Positions 63,576 through 64,000 of a stretch of DNA of 64,000 nucleotides are shown in pieces (position 1 is the first letter of the stretch; each line of letters begins with the position of its first letter). Source of the DNA: Clostridia bacterium (GTDB taxonomy: Bacteria; Bacillota; Clostridia; Oscillospirales; Acutalibacteraceae). The notes beneath the pieces are model-generated. The model saw nothing but the letters and a program-made list of their open reading frames with translations, had not been told where the DNA came from and made no database searches. The DNA lies in NCBI GenBank assembly GCA_017517865.1, contig JAFWYB010000032.1, forward strand, positions 6,915 through 70,914. Reading direction: 5' to 3'. A program made the position numbers and the translations under genes.

Positions 63576-64000
63576 ATGAATACCATTGACAGAGAAATAA
63601 TTGAGGTGTGCCGTCATTTCGGTATAGAGGGTGAATTCCACTCGGCAAAAAGCTTTACTGACGGACATATCAATTTTACATACCTTGCAAAATTTGTGCA
63701 TAAGGGCAGATTCAGAAAATATCTTGTTCAGGGTATAAATACTCATGTTTTCAAAAACCCTGCTCACCTTATGCAAAACATCGTTTCCGTTACTGATTAT
63801 CTCAAGGATGAGATAAAGAAGGAGGGCGGAGACTATAAGAGAGAAACGCTGACGTTCCTTAAGGCGGATAACGGCAAATACTATCTTTATCATCTCGGCA
63901 AGTGCTGGAGAATTTATAAGTTCATAGATAATTCCTACACCGTGAATGTTATAGAAAACAAAGATGTTTTTGAAAGAGCGGGCAAAAGCTTCGGACTTTT
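63576..64000 (+). CDS. APH-fold sugar kinase, N-acetylhexosamine 1-kinase (NahK)-like; 3' end truncated by the window edge
   Basis: Open frame from ATG 63576 to the window end; not in the ORF track because no stop is reached. My translation is MNTIDREIIEVCRHFGIEG...FTDGHINFTY...VQGINTHVFKNPAHLMQNIVSVTDYL, which resembles the recalled NahK N-terminus (GHIN.TY, QRINH.VFK.P..LMENI..VT.HL). Confidence 0.6.
   Translation, partial: MNTIDREIIEVCRHFGIEGEFHSAKSFTDGHINFTYLAKFVHKGRFRKYLVQGINTHVFKNPAHLMQNIVSVTDYLKDEIKKEGGDYKRETLTFLKADNGKYYLYHLGKCWRIYKFIDNSYTVNVIENKDVFERAGKSFGL

Overview
64-kb chromosomal window from an endospore-forming Firmicute of the class Clostridia. The taxon is inferred from gene content and from the conserved yabM-mazG-hup-yabO-yabP-yabQ-divIC-yabR-spoIVA block; an Oscillospiraceae/Ruminococcaceae-like origin is only a guess. 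I call about 56 protein genes at high coding density and see no rRNA, tRNA or CRISPR array. Most content is housekeeping: trmD, ptsH, galK, asnS, valS behind a T-box leader, metG-tatD, potABCD, recQ-recJ-relA-dtd, hemZ, rsmI, and the sporulation/division genes. Four parts stand out. (1) A sigma-70/ECF-type sigma factor is translationally coupled to a membrane-anchored full-length serpin (19316-21318). It is followed co-directionally by a tail-anchored metallophosphoesterase and a DUF1653/zinc-ribbon protein. This is my best candidate for an undescribed system, a protease-baited anti-sigma factor. (2) An AT-rich three-gene islet (about 11547-13720) carries an XRE regulator, a YpsA/SLOG-like protein and a zinc-ribbon membrane protein, with a duplicated promoter module. 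(3) Two non-coding inverted-repeat elements are present: a CGCAAT-rich insert between the valS T-box terminator and the valS start, and a 278-bp MITE-like element with 27-nt terminal inverted repeats. (4) A GH36 glycosidase is followed by a NahK-like kinase (truncated at the window edge) and sits next to an OmpR-type two-component system. All functional calls come from reading the sequence and recalling family motifs; no database search was run.
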